Source: an uncultured bacterium
GTDB taxonomy: Bacteria > Fidelibacterota > Marinisomatia > Marinisomatales > UBA1611
DNA length: 64,000 nucleotides
Direction: 5' to 3'
NCBI GenBank assembly: GCA_943788175.1
Contig: CALSPG010000001.1
Location: forward strand, 1-64,000
Position numbers and translations under genes: made by a program. Position 1 is the stretch's first letter, and every line of letters starts with the position of its first letter. Below are positions 10,903 to 20,949 of the stretch, piece after piece. The notes beneath the pieces were generated by a model. It worked only from the letters and a program-made list of their open reading frames with translations, made no database searches and had not been told where the DNA came from.

Positions 10903-13287
10903 TTGAAAAAAACGGTCACAAACATATTCATATTTATATCTTTTTTAATTTCAATTTCTATTTGTCAAGTGGGAATAGGCGACTGGAATGCTTTTACGAG
11001 TCCACTAAAAATAAATAGTATCACTACGATTGGTGATTCAATTATTTGTGCTACGAGCGGTGGTCTTTTGATTAAGCATGAAGAAGAAGTTAATACCCTT
11101 TCTAAAATAGATGGAATTAAAGGGGTTGATATAGTAGCAGTAGGAAAAGATGATTACCACAATATTTGGCTTGGTGGTAATTCACCAAATGGTTTTATCC
11201 AGATTTATAATTTTAATTATGGTAGTATTGATGTTTTTGATTTTGGTTTGACAAGTATAAGTCAATTTTGGATTAGTGATAGTTTAGCTTTTGCATCTTT
11301 TGTTGATGGCCAGGATGTAGGACTTATAAAATTTATTTATAAAAACAAAAAGTGGTCATATCGAGATATTTATAGAAATTTCCCTTTTTCAATTGAATCA
11401 ATTTTAGGTTTTGATATCTTAAATAATGAGATAGCAACAAAAATATTTTTAGGTACAAACGTAGGACTATTAGTCGCTGATATATCTAGCAATCTTAAAG
11501 ACCCTAACAACTGGAATAGGGAGTTTTGCTGCTTTAATGATGGTCCAATTAAAGCAATGTGCAATTATAAGGATGGATTCGCTTTCATTTATGAAGGTGA
11601 GAGTAGTGGTGTTCATTTCATTTATCCACAATTAGGAGAATTCGTTTCTGAAGAACTAAACATTCAACTTCCATCAGTTTTTGATAAAATGCTTTTTGAT
11701 AATGAAAACTTTTTAATCGGAATAAAAAGTAAAAATATTTATAGTCAAAAATTAGGATTTGAACCATTAAGTATAAATCAGAACCTAAATGAGCTCATAT
11801 TTGATAGAAATGATAACATATTAGTAGGTACTGATTTAGGCTTAAGAATTGTTAATAATACAACTTTTAATGTGGAATCTTTTTTACCTAATGCACCAGT
11901 TTCTGCAAAGTTTACAGCAATTGAGGTCTTAGATGATGGAAGGTTTGTAGGTGCTAATGCTAGAGGTATAAGTATAAAAGATTTTGATGGTTGGAGAAAT
12001 ATTCTAGAAGTGAGTACAAATGAACCTGAAAATATTAATACAACTTACGATTATAGCTCATTTATTGCGGATTTCATACCTTTTGATTTTGGTTACTCAG
12101 TGGCAGATATTGAACAAGGGCCTGATGGATTAGTCTATTTGGCTATAGATGGCACTTACCCTTCATTTTCAAATCCAGAAAGAAAGGGTGGTGGTATACT
12201 AGCTATTGATATTGATAACCCGTTAAATACTGTATCAGTTGATACTAGTGTTCTCTCTTATTACACTTCTAGCTCATCCAACAGGCCTTATATCGTAGTA
12301 AAAGATTTAGAATTTGATCTAAAAGGTAATTTATGGGTTGCTAATGCATTTTCTACTAATAAGAATGCACCAATACACGTTAAATCACCTAATGGTGATT
12401 GGAAATCCTATGGATCTTCTGAAACACAGTTTAAAATAAGTCAATCGCCAATATCTCTTAGTTTTGATAACTGGAACAGACCTTGGTTTGGAGCGTTTAA
12501 AGCAGAAGAGGCTAACCTAGGAACGTATCCTGATGGTGGAATCTTCGGTTTAACCTATGAAGGTGAACCATATCAACCAGAAAGTTTTTTGTGGGAGAGT
12601 GTTTTAGCGAATACGACTGTATGGTCAATAGCCTTCGGAAAAAACAACAGACTGTTTTACCTAACGCCTACCGGTCTTAATTATTATGATATTGTAATAG
12701 GTGGAAATAATTTTGGACAAAATTTATATTCATATTTTCCAAATATTTCATTTGGTGGCGGCTCAAAAATAGAAATTGACGAACAGGGTAATGTTTGGAC
12801 CCTTTCCACAACGCAAGGCATTCATGTTTTGCTTGAAAATACTACATATTGGCCAAATATTAATGGTCTAAGAGCAAGTAATAGCGCATTATTATCTGAT
12901 GAGATTTATGATATCGCATTTGATAAGGATAAAAAGTTGGCATACATAGCTACTAGTAAAGGTGTTAGTGTGTTAAGAATTCCATTTGGAAATAGCTATA
13001 ATGACTATAGTAGTATAAAAATTTTCCCAAGCCCGTTTTTAACTGAACAGCATGAATCTATGATAATTGATGGTGTGATGTTTAATTCATCGGCAAAAAT
13101 AATGACATTAGATGGTAAAGTTGTTCGAGATATCAAAAGTAATGGTCTATCGATTGATGGTGATCAAATAAAGTGGGATGGTAAATCGAATGATGGCACC
13201 ATCGCGTTAAGCGGAGTTTACTTAGTATCAGTTATTGGTACTAATGGCAAAAATAAATTTGAGAAAATAACAGTAATAAATAAGTAA
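10903..13287 (+). CDS. PorZ-like beta-propeller protein with C-terminal FlgD/T9SS-type sorting domain
   Basis: N-terminal QVGIGDW, repeated DxxGNLW propeller motifs, YIATSKG, C-terminal KIFPSPF...WDGK...SGVYLV. Confidence 0.7.
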   Translation: MKKTVTNIFIFISFLISISICQVGIGDWNAFTSPLKINSITTIGDSIICATSGGLLIKHEEEVNTLSKIDGIKGVDIVAVGKDDYHNIWLGGNSPNGFIQIYNFNYGSIDVFDFGLTSISQFWISDSLAFASFVDGQDVGLIKFIYKNKKWSYRDIYRNFPFSIESILGFDILNNEIATKIFLGTNVGLLVADISSNLKDPNNWNREFCCFNDGPIKAMCNYKDGFAFIYEGESSGVHFIYPQLGEFVSEELNIQLPSVFDKMLFDNENFLIGIKSKNIYSQKLGFEPLSINQNLNELIFDRNDNILVGTDLGLRIVNNTTFNVESFLPNAPVSAKFTAIEVLDDGRFVGANARGISIKDFDGWRNILEVSTNEPENINTTYDYSSFIADFIPFDFGYSVADIEQGPDGLVYLAIDGTYPSFSNPERKGGGILAIDIDNPLNTVSVDTSVLSYYTSSSSNRPYIVVKDLEFDLKGNLWVANAFSTNKNAPIHVKSPNGDWKSYGSSETQFKISQSPISLSFDNWNRPWFGAFKAEEANLGTYPDGGIFGLTYEGEPYQPESFLWESVLANTTVWSIAFGKNNRLFYLTPTGLNYYDIVIGGNNFGQNLYSYFPNISFGGGSKIEIDEQGNVWTLSTTQGIHVLLENTTYWPNINGLRASNSALLSDEIYDIAFDKDKKLAYIATSKGVSVLRIPFGNSYNDYSSIKIFPSPFLTEQHESMIIDGVMFNSSAKIMTLDGKVVRDIKSNGLSIDGDQIKWDGKSNDGTIALSGVYLVSVIGTNGKNKFEKITVINK

Positions 13288-13314
13288 ACTAAAATCTAAA
13301 TAGCGCCATAAAGT

Positions 13315-14388
13315 TTATTTAGCCAATGATTTACCAACAGAACCTAAATCAATAAAGGCTTCATCAAGCCTTTCAATCATACTCAGCTCTGCGCTTCTTA
13401 AAACTTTTCTAGGGTCATAAAGCTTTTTGTATGGAGTCCCATCTTCTGGATCCACTTGGTGCAAGAAAGCTTTTGGGCTTTCATTAACATAGTGACCAAT
13501 TGCTTTTGAAAAAGCAAATTGCGTATCAGTGTCTATATTCATTTTAAAAACGCCATAGCCTATTGCAGTGGATATTTTTTCTTTTTCAGATCCTGAACCA
13601 CCATGAAATACTAGATCCAATGGTCTGCTGCCTGTTTCGCAAGTTTTTTCAATTAAATCTTGAGAGTTTTTTAATATTTCTGGACGAAGTTTTACGTTAC
13701 CAGGTTTATAAACTCCATGCACATTCCCAAATGATGCAGCTAAGCTAAAATGCCCAATAGGTGAAAGCATTTCCCAGGCACGTAGGCAATCTTCAGGTTG
13801 AGTATAAAGTAGAGGATTATCTGCTCCGATATCATCATCCGATCCAACGCCATCTTCTTCACCACCAGTGACACCTAATTCGATTTCAAGGCTCATCCCA
13901 ATTTTTGACATTCTTTCAAGCAATCTTTTGCTTTCGGATAAATTAAAATCTATGTCCTCTCCAGATAGATCTAACATATGCGAGCTAAAAAGAGGCTTAC
14001 CATGAGATTTAAAATGATTTTCGCTGTGCTTTATTAATTCTTCTACCCAGGGTATTAAAGCTTTGTTTGCGTGGTCTGTGTGAAGCACAACACAGATACC
14101 ATATTTTTCGGCTAATAAATGAACGTGATGTGCTGCTGAAACTGTGCCTAAAACTTTTGCTTCAAAGCTGTCCTCTAATCCAAAACCAGCAAAAAATTGG
14201 CCACCACTATTTGAGAATTGGATAATGATATCCGATCCATTCTTAGCTGCTGATTCCATTGCTGCATTTACCGAATTTGTTCCTACTACATTTACAGCTG
14301 GTAAAGCGTAATGTCCTTGCTTTGCTCCATTAACTAATGTTTTATAATCTTCGCCTGTTACAACGCCTGGTTTTAGAGTACTTGACAT
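13315..14388 (-). CDS. fbaA: Class II fructose-bisphosphate aldolase
   Basis: LHTDH, SSHMLDLS, GNVHGVYKPG, VFHGGSGS, KMNIDTD and YDPR. Confidence 0.95.
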   Translation of the reverse strand: MSSTLKPGVVTGEDYKTLVNGAKQGHYALPAVNVVGTNSVNAAMESAAKNGSDIIIQFSNSGGQFFAGFGLEDSFEAKVLGTVSAAHHVHLLAEKYGICVVLHTDHANKALIPWVEELIKHSENHFKSHGKPLFSSHMLDLSGEDIDFNLSESKRLLERMSKIGMSLEIELGVTGGEEDGVGSDDDIGADNPLLYTQPEDCLRAWEMLSPIGHFSLAASFGNVHGVYKPGNVKLRPEILKNSQDLIEKTCETGSRPLDLVFHGGSGSEKEKISTAIGYGVFKMNIDTDTQFAFSKAIGHYVNESPKAFLHQVDPEDGTPYKKLYDPRKVLRSAELSMIERLDEAFIDLGSVGKSLAK

Positions 14389-14556
14389 ATATTTATCCTA
14401 AATTTGTTAAATTTTTAAAATTATAATACGGAATTTTAGCAATTTTTTTAGTTCAAGTGACATTATTTTTAAAAATAGTAATAATTAACGTTTGAGAAAT
14501 TAAAAATTGCCATTAATTTTTATAAAAGATAACCGTAATCATCTCAATAGTTAAGA

Positions 14557-14661
14557 ATGAATAAAAATATAAAATTTATTGATATCAAATTATTCTCAAA
14601 TGCATTTGAATCTGCGTTTAAAATTCTTATTCCATTTATTATGATTATAATTATCGCTTAG
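14557..14661 (+). CDS. Putative ilv leader peptide (34 aa, 10 Ile, ends ILIPFIMIIIIA*)
   Basis: Short ORF directly upstream of ilvD, with an Ile-codon cluster before the stop. Confidence 0.55.
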   Translation: MNKNIKFIDIKLFSNAFESAFKILIPFIMIIIIA

Positions 14662-14679
14662 CTGGCTGCTTAGATAAAA

Positions 14680-14737
14680 AATTAAAAGGTGGCCTTTAAA
14701 TTTGAGATTATATCTCTACAAACCCTCCTTTTTAATT
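14680..14737 (+). promoter_or_regulatory. Putative attenuator hairpins in the ilv leader
   Basis: AATTAAAAGG can pair with nearby CCTTT or with distal CCTTTTTAATT; internal GAGAT-TAT-ATCTC hairpin. Confidence 0.45.
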
Positions 14738-14779
14738 CTAAAACTAAGTTTCGTTTAATAACATAAGAAATTATTTAGT

Positions 14780-16453
14780 ATGAGATCAGACTTAATAAAA
14801 AAAGGTTTTGATAAGGCGCCACATAGGAGCCTTTTGAAAGCTACTGGACAAATCAAGAGTGATAGTGATTTTGAAAAACCATTTATTGGTATAGCAAATT
14901 CATATATAGATCTTATACCTGGCCATGTTCATTTGCAAAAGTTTGGTGCAACCGCAAAAGAAGCTGTCAGAGATGCTGGCGGTGTCCCTTTTGAATTCAA
15001 TACTATTGGTGTAGATGACGGAATTGCAATGGGACATATAGGGATGAGGTACTCATTGGCTAGTAGAGAGTTGATTGCAGACAGCGTTGAAACGGTAGCA
15101 GAAGCACATCGTTTGGATGGTTTAATTTGTATTTCTAATTGTGATAAAATTGTTCCTGGCATGTTGATGGCAGCAATGAGGATAAATATACCTACTATTT
15201 TTGTCTCTGGTGGCCCTATGAAAGCCGGAATAAATGAGAAAGGTGAAAAAATTGATTTAGTTTCAGTTTTTGAAGGGGTGGGTAAGTACAATAGTGGCGA
15301 TATGACAGAACATGAGCTTAAAGACCTCGAAGATAATGGCTGTCCGACTTGTGGGTCCTGTTCTGGAATGTTTACGGCTAACTCTATGAATTGTCTCATG
15401 GAAGTTTTGGGCTTAGCGCTTCCAGGAAATGGAACGATACTTGCAACAGATCCTTCAAGGTTAGATCTAGTTAAAAAAGCAGGAGAAATTATCATAGAGT
15501 TAATTGAAAAAGATCTCAAGCCCAGAGATATTGTGAACGAGGATACAATAGCAAATGCTTTCATTTTAGATATGGCAATGGGTGGCAGTTCGAATACTGT
15601 TCTACATACCATTGCAGCATCAATTGAAGGTGGTCTTGACTTTGATTTATCGATGTTAAATAATCTAAGTAAGAAAACACCTTATATCTGTAAAGTTAGT
15701 CCAGCTACGCCAAATGTACACATGGAAGATGTTTTAAATGCTGGCGGTATTTCAGCGATTTTAAGGGAACTCTCATTTAAAAGTGACCTTCTTAATCTAG
15801 ATAGACCAACTGTAACGGGTAAAACATTAGGCGAAACAATTAAGGGCGCAGAAAATTTAAATAATGATGTAATAAGAACAATAGAAAATGCATTTTCTGA
15901 TGAAGGTGGGCTAGCTGTTTTATATGGCAACATAGCACCCAAAGGTTCTATTGTTAAAACAGCTGCTGTTGATAAAAATATGACCCTGTTTAAAGGCCCT
16001 GCAAGGATTTATGAATCTCAAGATGATGCCCAGGAAGGTATACTAAAAGGTGAAGTCGAAGAAGGTGACGTCGTCGTTATAAGGTATGAGGGGCCTAAAG
16101 GCGGTCCTGGGATGCCAGAAATGCTTGCGCCAACTAGTGCAATTATGGGTATGGGTTTAGGTTCTAAAGTTGCACTTATAACGGATGGCAGATTTTCAGG
16201 AGGCACTAGAGGAGCATGTATAGGTCATATTTCTCCAGAAGCTGCTTCCGGAGGACCCATTGCAATAATTGAAGAAAAAGATCAAATAGAAATTGACATA
16301 AAAAATCGTACGATTAATTTAAAAATCGATAAAAGTACATTTGAGAATCGGATGAAAAATTTAAATGAGTTTGAACCAAAAATTACGACTGGATATTTAG
16401 GCAGATATGCTAGGATGGTTACTTCTGCTGATACCGGTGCTATTTTAAAATGA
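14780..16453 (+). CDS. ilvD: Dihydroxy-acid dehydratase
   Basis: [34 protein letters not shown] and TDGRFSGG. Confidence 0.97.
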   Translation: MRSDLIKKGFDKAPHRSLLKATGQIKSDSDFEKPFIGIANSYIDLIPGHVHLQKFGATAKEAVRDAGGVPFEFNTIGVDDGIAMGHIGMRYSLASRELIADSVETVAEAHRLDGLICISNCDKIVPGMLMAAMRINIPTIFVSGGPMKAGINEKGEKIDLVSVFEGVGKYNSGDMTEHELKDLEDNGCPTCGSCSGMFTANSMNCLMEVLGLALPGNGTILATDPSRLDLVKKAGEIIIELIEKDLKPRDIVNEDTIANAFILDMAMGGSSNTVLHTIAASIEGGLDFDLSMLNNLSKKTPYICKVSPATPNVHMEDVLNAGGISAILRELSFKSDLLNLDRPTVTGKTLGETIKGAENLNNDVIRTIENAFSDEGGLAVLYGNIAPKGSIVKTAAVDKNMTLFKGPARIYESQDDAQEGILKGEVEEGDVVVIRYEGPKGGPGMPEMLAPTSAIMGMGLGSKVALITDGRFSGGTRGACIGHISPEAASGGPIAIIEEKDQIEIDIKNRTINLKIDKSTFENRMKNLNEFEPKITTGYLGRYARMVTSADTGAILK

Positions 16454-16468
16454 TAAGATGAGAATATT

Positions 16469-18193
16469 ATGGGTAAAGTAAGATTAACCGGAGCTGAAAT
16501 AATCTGGGAGTGTTTAATTCGTGAAAGAGTCAATGTTGTATTCGGTTATCCTGGCGGTGCAATACTACCAACATATGATGCGCTTGGAAAGTATAGTGAT
16601 AAAGTTCATCATGTTTTAACTAGGCATGAACAGGGAGCTACACATATGGCAGATGGCTATGCTCGCTCATCAGGAAAAGTTGGAGTTGCAATGGCAACAT
16701 CAGGTCCTGGAGCCGCGAATATGGTTACTGGCCTTGCTACAGCAATGATGGATTCGATCCCAATTGTTTGTATTACAGGGCAGGTACCAAGACCAGCTAT
16801 CGGAAGCGATGCCTTTCAAGAAATGGATATTTCAGGAGCCGTGATACCTGTAACAAAACACAGCTATTTAGTAATGGAAATTGAGAATCTTGCAAGAACA
16901 ATTAAAGAAGCATTTGCTATCGCCAGATCAGGAAGGCCTGGTCCTGTTTTGGTTGACATTCCTAAAGACTTGCAAGCTGAAGAGTTTGACTTTATTTATC
17001 CAGAAGAGCCAATTCTTCTGCCTGGAGCGAATCTTGTGACTAGTGATATTGACTCGAATAGCCTTGAACAAGCGGCAAGTTTAATAGCTGAATCAAAAAG
17101 ACCCGTAATCTTGGCAGGTCATGGTATCTTATTATCAGGTGCATCAAGTGAAGTAATTGAATTATCTGAGAAAGGAAATATCCCTCTTAGTTGGACTCTT
17201 TTAGGTTCAGGTGCCGTTCCTGCAAGCCATCACTTAAATATGGGTATGATGGGAATGCATGGAGAGTTTGCTGCAAATAATGCTATTCAAAAAGCTGATT
17301 TACTTATTGCTTGTGGAATGAGATTCGATGACAGAGTTACAGGGAATACGAATACTTATTCACTCGAATCAAAAAAAATACATATTGAAATCGATCCTTC
17401 AGAAATTAATAAAAATGTTCCTGTTGACGTTGCTCTTGTTGGAGATCTTAAATCAATTCTTACAAAACTTATACCTCTTTTAAAAGAAGGGCAAAAGAGT
17501 TCTTGGACTGATAAGATTGAAGATTGGCGTAAAGAATCTCAATCGAGAGATATAATAAATATGAATACTGAAATGCTCTACGGGGCTCAAGTAATAAGTG
17601 ACATTTGGAAAGAAACAAATGGCGATGCTATTGTTGTTTCAGATGTAGGTCAACATCAAATGCTTGAAGCGCAGTATTACAAGCATGATGAACCAAACAC
17701 ACTGCTTACTTCAGGTGGTCTAGGAACTATGGGTTTTAGTTTGCCAGCTGCTATAGGTGCAAGTTTCTCTAATCGCGATAAAGATATTTGGGTTATTGTT
17801 GGCGATGGTAGTATTCAAATGACTATAACAGAACTTGCGACTGCAGTTCAAGAAAATACAAATATTAAAATTGCTATTATTAATAATGGCTATTTAGGAA
17901 TGGTCAGACAATGGCAGCAATTATTTTACGATTCGAGATATACTGAAACACCTATTAGTAGTCCTGATTATGTAAAATTATCAGAAGCTTATGGTATGAA
18001 GGGTTTCCGAGTTAAATCTCGTGCAGAAATTTCAGATACTATGAAAGAGGCACAAAATATCAAAGGGCCAGTTTTAATAGAGTTTGTTGTGGAGCAGCAC
18101 GATATGGTTTATCCTATGGTAGCAGCTGGTGCAGATCTTGATGAGATGATAAGTCGACCTGTCCACGAACAATTTAAAGACGCAGAAATGTAG
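16469..18193 (+). CDS. ilvB: Acetolactate synthase large subunit
   Basis: GYPGGAIL, RHEQGA, TSGPG, DVGQHQM, SGGLGTMG and GDGS...NNGYLGMVRQWQ. Confidence 0.96.
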   Translation: MGKVRLTGAEIIWECLIRERVNVVFGYPGGAILPTYDALGKYSDKVHHVLTRHEQGATHMADGYARSSGKVGVAMATSGPGAANMVTGLATAMMDSIPIVCITGQVPRPAIGSDAFQEMDISGAVIPVTKHSYLVMEIENLARTIKEAFAIARSGRPGPVLVDIPKDLQAEEFDFIYPEEPILLPGANLVTSDIDSNSLEQAASLIAESKRPVILAGHGILLSGASSEVIELSEKGNIPLSWTLLGSGAVPASHHLNMGMMGMHGEFAANNAIQKADLLIACGMRFDDRVTGNTNTYSLESKKIHIEIDPSEINKNVPVDVALVGDLKSILTKLIPLLKEGQKSSWTDKIEDWRKESQSRDIINMNTEMLYGAQVISDIWKETNGDAIVVSDVGQHQMLEAQYYKHDEPNTLLTSGGLGTMGFSLPAAIGASFSNRDKDIWVIVGDGSIQMTITELATAVQENTNIKIAIINNGYLGMVRQWQQLFYDSRYTETPISSPDYVKLSEAYGMKGFRVKSRAEISDTMKEAQNIKGPVLIEFVVEQHDMVYPMVAAGADLDEMISRPVHEQFKDAEM

Positions 18194-18204
18194 GGAGACT
18201 TTTT

Positions 18205-18726
18205 ATGAAACAAACATTAATTTTATTCATGCAAGATGAGCCAGGTGTTTTAAATCGTATAGCTAGTTTGGTTAGAAGAAGAAATTTTAATATAGATAGT
18301 ATTGTAGCTGGAAGAACTGAAAAAAATGGTATAACAAGAATGACCTTGGTTGTAAATGAACCAAATAAAGCTAAAAGAAAAACCATATATAATAATTTAA
18401 AAAAACTCGTTGATGTCTATGATGTTGTTGATGCTTCTAATGAAAACTGCCATATTCGTGAACATGCTTTAGTTAAGGTATCAATTAAGCCTGGTGATTT
18501 CAAAGAAATTGAAGACTTAGTTGCTAAAGGTAATTGTAGAATTTTAGATGATGAACCAGATTCAATGATATTAGAACTGTCCGGAAACGAAATTACAGTT
18601 GAAAAGAGTATAAGTTTTTTAAAGAAATTTAAAATTTTAGAACTTTTACGTTCAGGCAAAATGGCGATGATATCTGGCAATCAAAAAAAAAATAAGCCGG
18701 TTCTTGTAAAATCTGAACCCATATAA
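18205..18726 (+). CDS. ilvN: Acetolactate synthase small (regulatory ACT) subunit
   Basis: DEPGVLNRIASLVRRRNFNIDS, ELLRSG. Confidence 0.92.
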   Translation: MKQTLILFMQDEPGVLNRIASLVRRRNFNIDSIVAGRTEKNGITRMTLVVNEPNKAKRKTIYNNLKKLVDVYDVVDASNENCHIREHALVKVSIKPGDFKEIEDLVAKGNCRILDDEPDSMILELSGNEITVEKSISFLKKFKILELLRSGKMAMISGNQKKNKPVLVKSEPI

Positions 18727-18743
18727 AGAGGAAAATTTAAAAA

Positions 18744-19790
18744 ATGAAACAAATAGATATAAATGGATATAAAGAAGAAATTATAGAAAGGTCTGATTTT
18801 CCAATTGAAAAATGTAAAACTATTTTGAAAAATAAAGTAACTACCATCCTTGGTTATGGCCCGCAAGGGAGAGGCCAGGGATTAAATATGCGAGATCAAG
18901 GATTTAATGTGATTCTTGGATTAAGGAAAGGAGCTAGTTGGGTTAAAGCTTTGGAAGATGGTTGGGTTGCTGGTGAAAATTTATTTGAAATTGAAGAAGC
19001 CACAAAAAAAGGTAATATCATTCAGTTCTTATTATCGGATGCAGGCCAAATTCAAGCCTGGCCAACTGTTAAAAATAATCTTATTGAAGGTGACACCCTA
19101 TACTTTTCCCATGGTTTTGGTATTGTGTTTCATTCAGACACAAACATTATACCTCCGAAAAATGTAAATGTTGTTCTAGTTGCGCCAAAAGGAAGCGGTT
19201 TAACCGTCCGCAATCATTTTTTAGAGGGGAGAGGTATTAACTCATCTTACGCTGTGTTTCAAGATTATGATGGCTCAGCTAAAGAAATAGCAATTTCTAC
19301 CGCCTTTGCGATTGGTTCTGGGCATCTATTTGAAACAACATTTGAAAAGGAAGTCCACAGTGATTTAACAGGTGAGCGTTGCGTTCTAATGGGCTTAATT
19401 CAAGGTGCTTTTCTTGCCCAGTATGAAGTCCTTAGAGAAAATGGGCATTCACCATCAGAGGCATATAATGAAACTATTGAAGAAGCGCTCGAAAGTCTTT
19501 ATCCTCTCGTTTCAGAAAAAGGAATGGACTGGATGTATAGCAACTGTTCAACGACAGCTCAAAGGGGTGCGCTAGATTGGGCACCTAGGTTTAAAAATGT
19601 TCTAAAGCCTGTTATAAATGAATGCTATGAAAAGGTTGTTAGCGGAGAGGAAGCTAAAATATCTATCTCCTCAAACTCAAGAGATGACTACAGAGATCAA
19701 TTAAATAAAGAGCTTGATGAAATAAATAACCAAGAGATGTGGTTAGCCGGTAGAGAGTTAAGAGCCCTGAGGCCTGAAAATAATCAATAG
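18744..19790 (+). CDS. ilvC: Ketol-acid reductoisomerase (Bacteroidota/fungal-like form)
   Basis: GYGPQGRGQ, FSHGF, VAPKGSG, SDLTGER and CSTTAQRGALDW. Confidence 0.95.
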   Translation: MKQIDINGYKEEIIERSDFPIEKCKTILKNKVTTILGYGPQGRGQGLNMRDQGFNVILGLRKGASWVKALEDGWVAGENLFEIEEATKKGNIIQFLLSDAGQIQAWPTVKNNLIEGDTLYFSHGFGIVFHSDTNIIPPKNVNVVLVAPKGSGLTVRNHFLEGRGINSSYAVFQDYDGSAKEIAISTAFAIGSGHLFETTFEKEVHSDLTGERCVLMGLIQGAFLAQYEVLRENGHSPSEAYNETIEEALESLYPLVSEKGMDWMYSNCSTTAQRGALDWAPRFKNVLKPVINECYEKVVSGEEAKISISSNSRDDYRDQLNKELDEINNQEMWLAGRELRALRPENNQ

Positions 19791-19926
19791 ATAAAAAAAC
19801 TAAACTTATTCTTAGTATTAATAATTTGTTGAATGGTTACTCTTAATTATTTAGTTTTAGTATCTGTATTACATTAAAAATCAATGATTACTTAAGATTT
19901 TATTAACAAAACTAGAAGAGCAAAAA

Positions 19927-20949
19927 TTGAGCGATAAATCAAAAAAAATAAACATAGCCATCTTTGGATTTGGTAGAATAGGAAGAAATATTTTTCGACT
20001 TGCATATAATGATCCAAGATTTAACATTGTAGCGATAAGCGAGTTTGGTCATCCGGAGGCGTTACACTATTTACTTGTCAGGGATTCTGTTCATGGCAAA
20101 TTGAATGAGCCTATTGAGCTCGAAGGTAGCCACCTTGTTATAGGAGAACAAAGAGTTAGTGTTTTACCTGGTGCTACTCCTGGTATGATTCCTTGGTCCA
20201 CTATGGATGTCGATTTCGTAATTGATGCTACTGGTGCTTTTCTTAAAAAAGATGAACTCAACAAACATATCGAAGCTGGGGCGAAAAGAGTGATTGTCTC
20301 TAGAACGCCCAAAGATACGATTGACAGAATGGTGATTCATGGTATTAATGAAGACTCGATTGAAGAATCAGATCAAATTATATCTGCAACATCTTCTACT
20401 ACTCAAGCTTTTGGATTAATGTTAAGAATACTTGATGATCATTTTTCAGTTAAGAAAGCAATGATGACAACGGTACATGCTTACACTGCTGATCAACCGC
20501 TCACTGACGCTATAGGTATCGACTTGAGAAGAAGTCGGTCTGCAGTTGAAAATATTATTCCAAATACGACAAATGCCCCTAAAATAATTGAAAAATTAAT
20601 GCCTGAATTTAAAGGTAAGTTAGATGGTATAGCCTTTAATGTGCCGGTTCCAAACGGTTCTTGTGTTGATATGACAACAGAACTGGAAAAGGTACCATCT
20701 CCAGAAGAATTAAATGGTGTGTTAGAAGATGCTTCTAATAATAAATATAAGAATTTTATTGGCTATACCGATGACCCTATTGTTTCAAGCGATGTAATCG
20801 GTCGTGAAGAGACTATTGTCTTCGATGGTAAGGCTACAATGGTAACGGGTAATAATTTACTCAAAACTCTATGCTGGTATGATAATGGGTGGGGTTTTTC
20901 AAAACGTATTTTAGATACAATTAAAACTTATCACAAGGATGGAAGATAA
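19927..20949 (+). CDS. Type I GAPDH homologue lacking the catalytic cysteine
   Basis: GFGRIGR, TTVHAYT and WYDNGWG retained; ATSSTTQ replaces ASCTTN. Confidence 0.85.
   Translation: MSDKSKKINIAIFGFGRIGRNIFRLAYNDPRFNIVAISEFGHPEALHYLLVRDSVHGKLNEPIELEGSHLVIGEQRVSVLPGATPGMIPWSTMDVDFVIDATGAFLKKDELNKHIEAGAKRVIVSRTPKDTIDRMVIHGINEDSIEESDQIISATSSTTQAFGLMLRILDDHFSVKKAMMTTVHAYTADQPLTDAIGIDLRRSRSAVENIIPNTTNAPKIIEKLMPEFKGKLDGIAFNVPVPNGSCVDMTTELEKVPSPEELNGVLEDASNNKYKNFIGYTDDPIVSSDVIGREETIVFDGKATMVTGNNLLKTLCWYDNGWGFSKRILDTIKTYHKDGR

Noticed and set aside
14929-16533. Antisense ORFs over ilvD (and similar shadows over other genes)
   Set aside because: They fully overlap well-supported genes on the opposite strand and have no recognisable motifs
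19927-20949. Erythrose-4-phosphate dehydrogenase (epd)
   Set aside because: Epd retains the catalytic Cys, which is absent here
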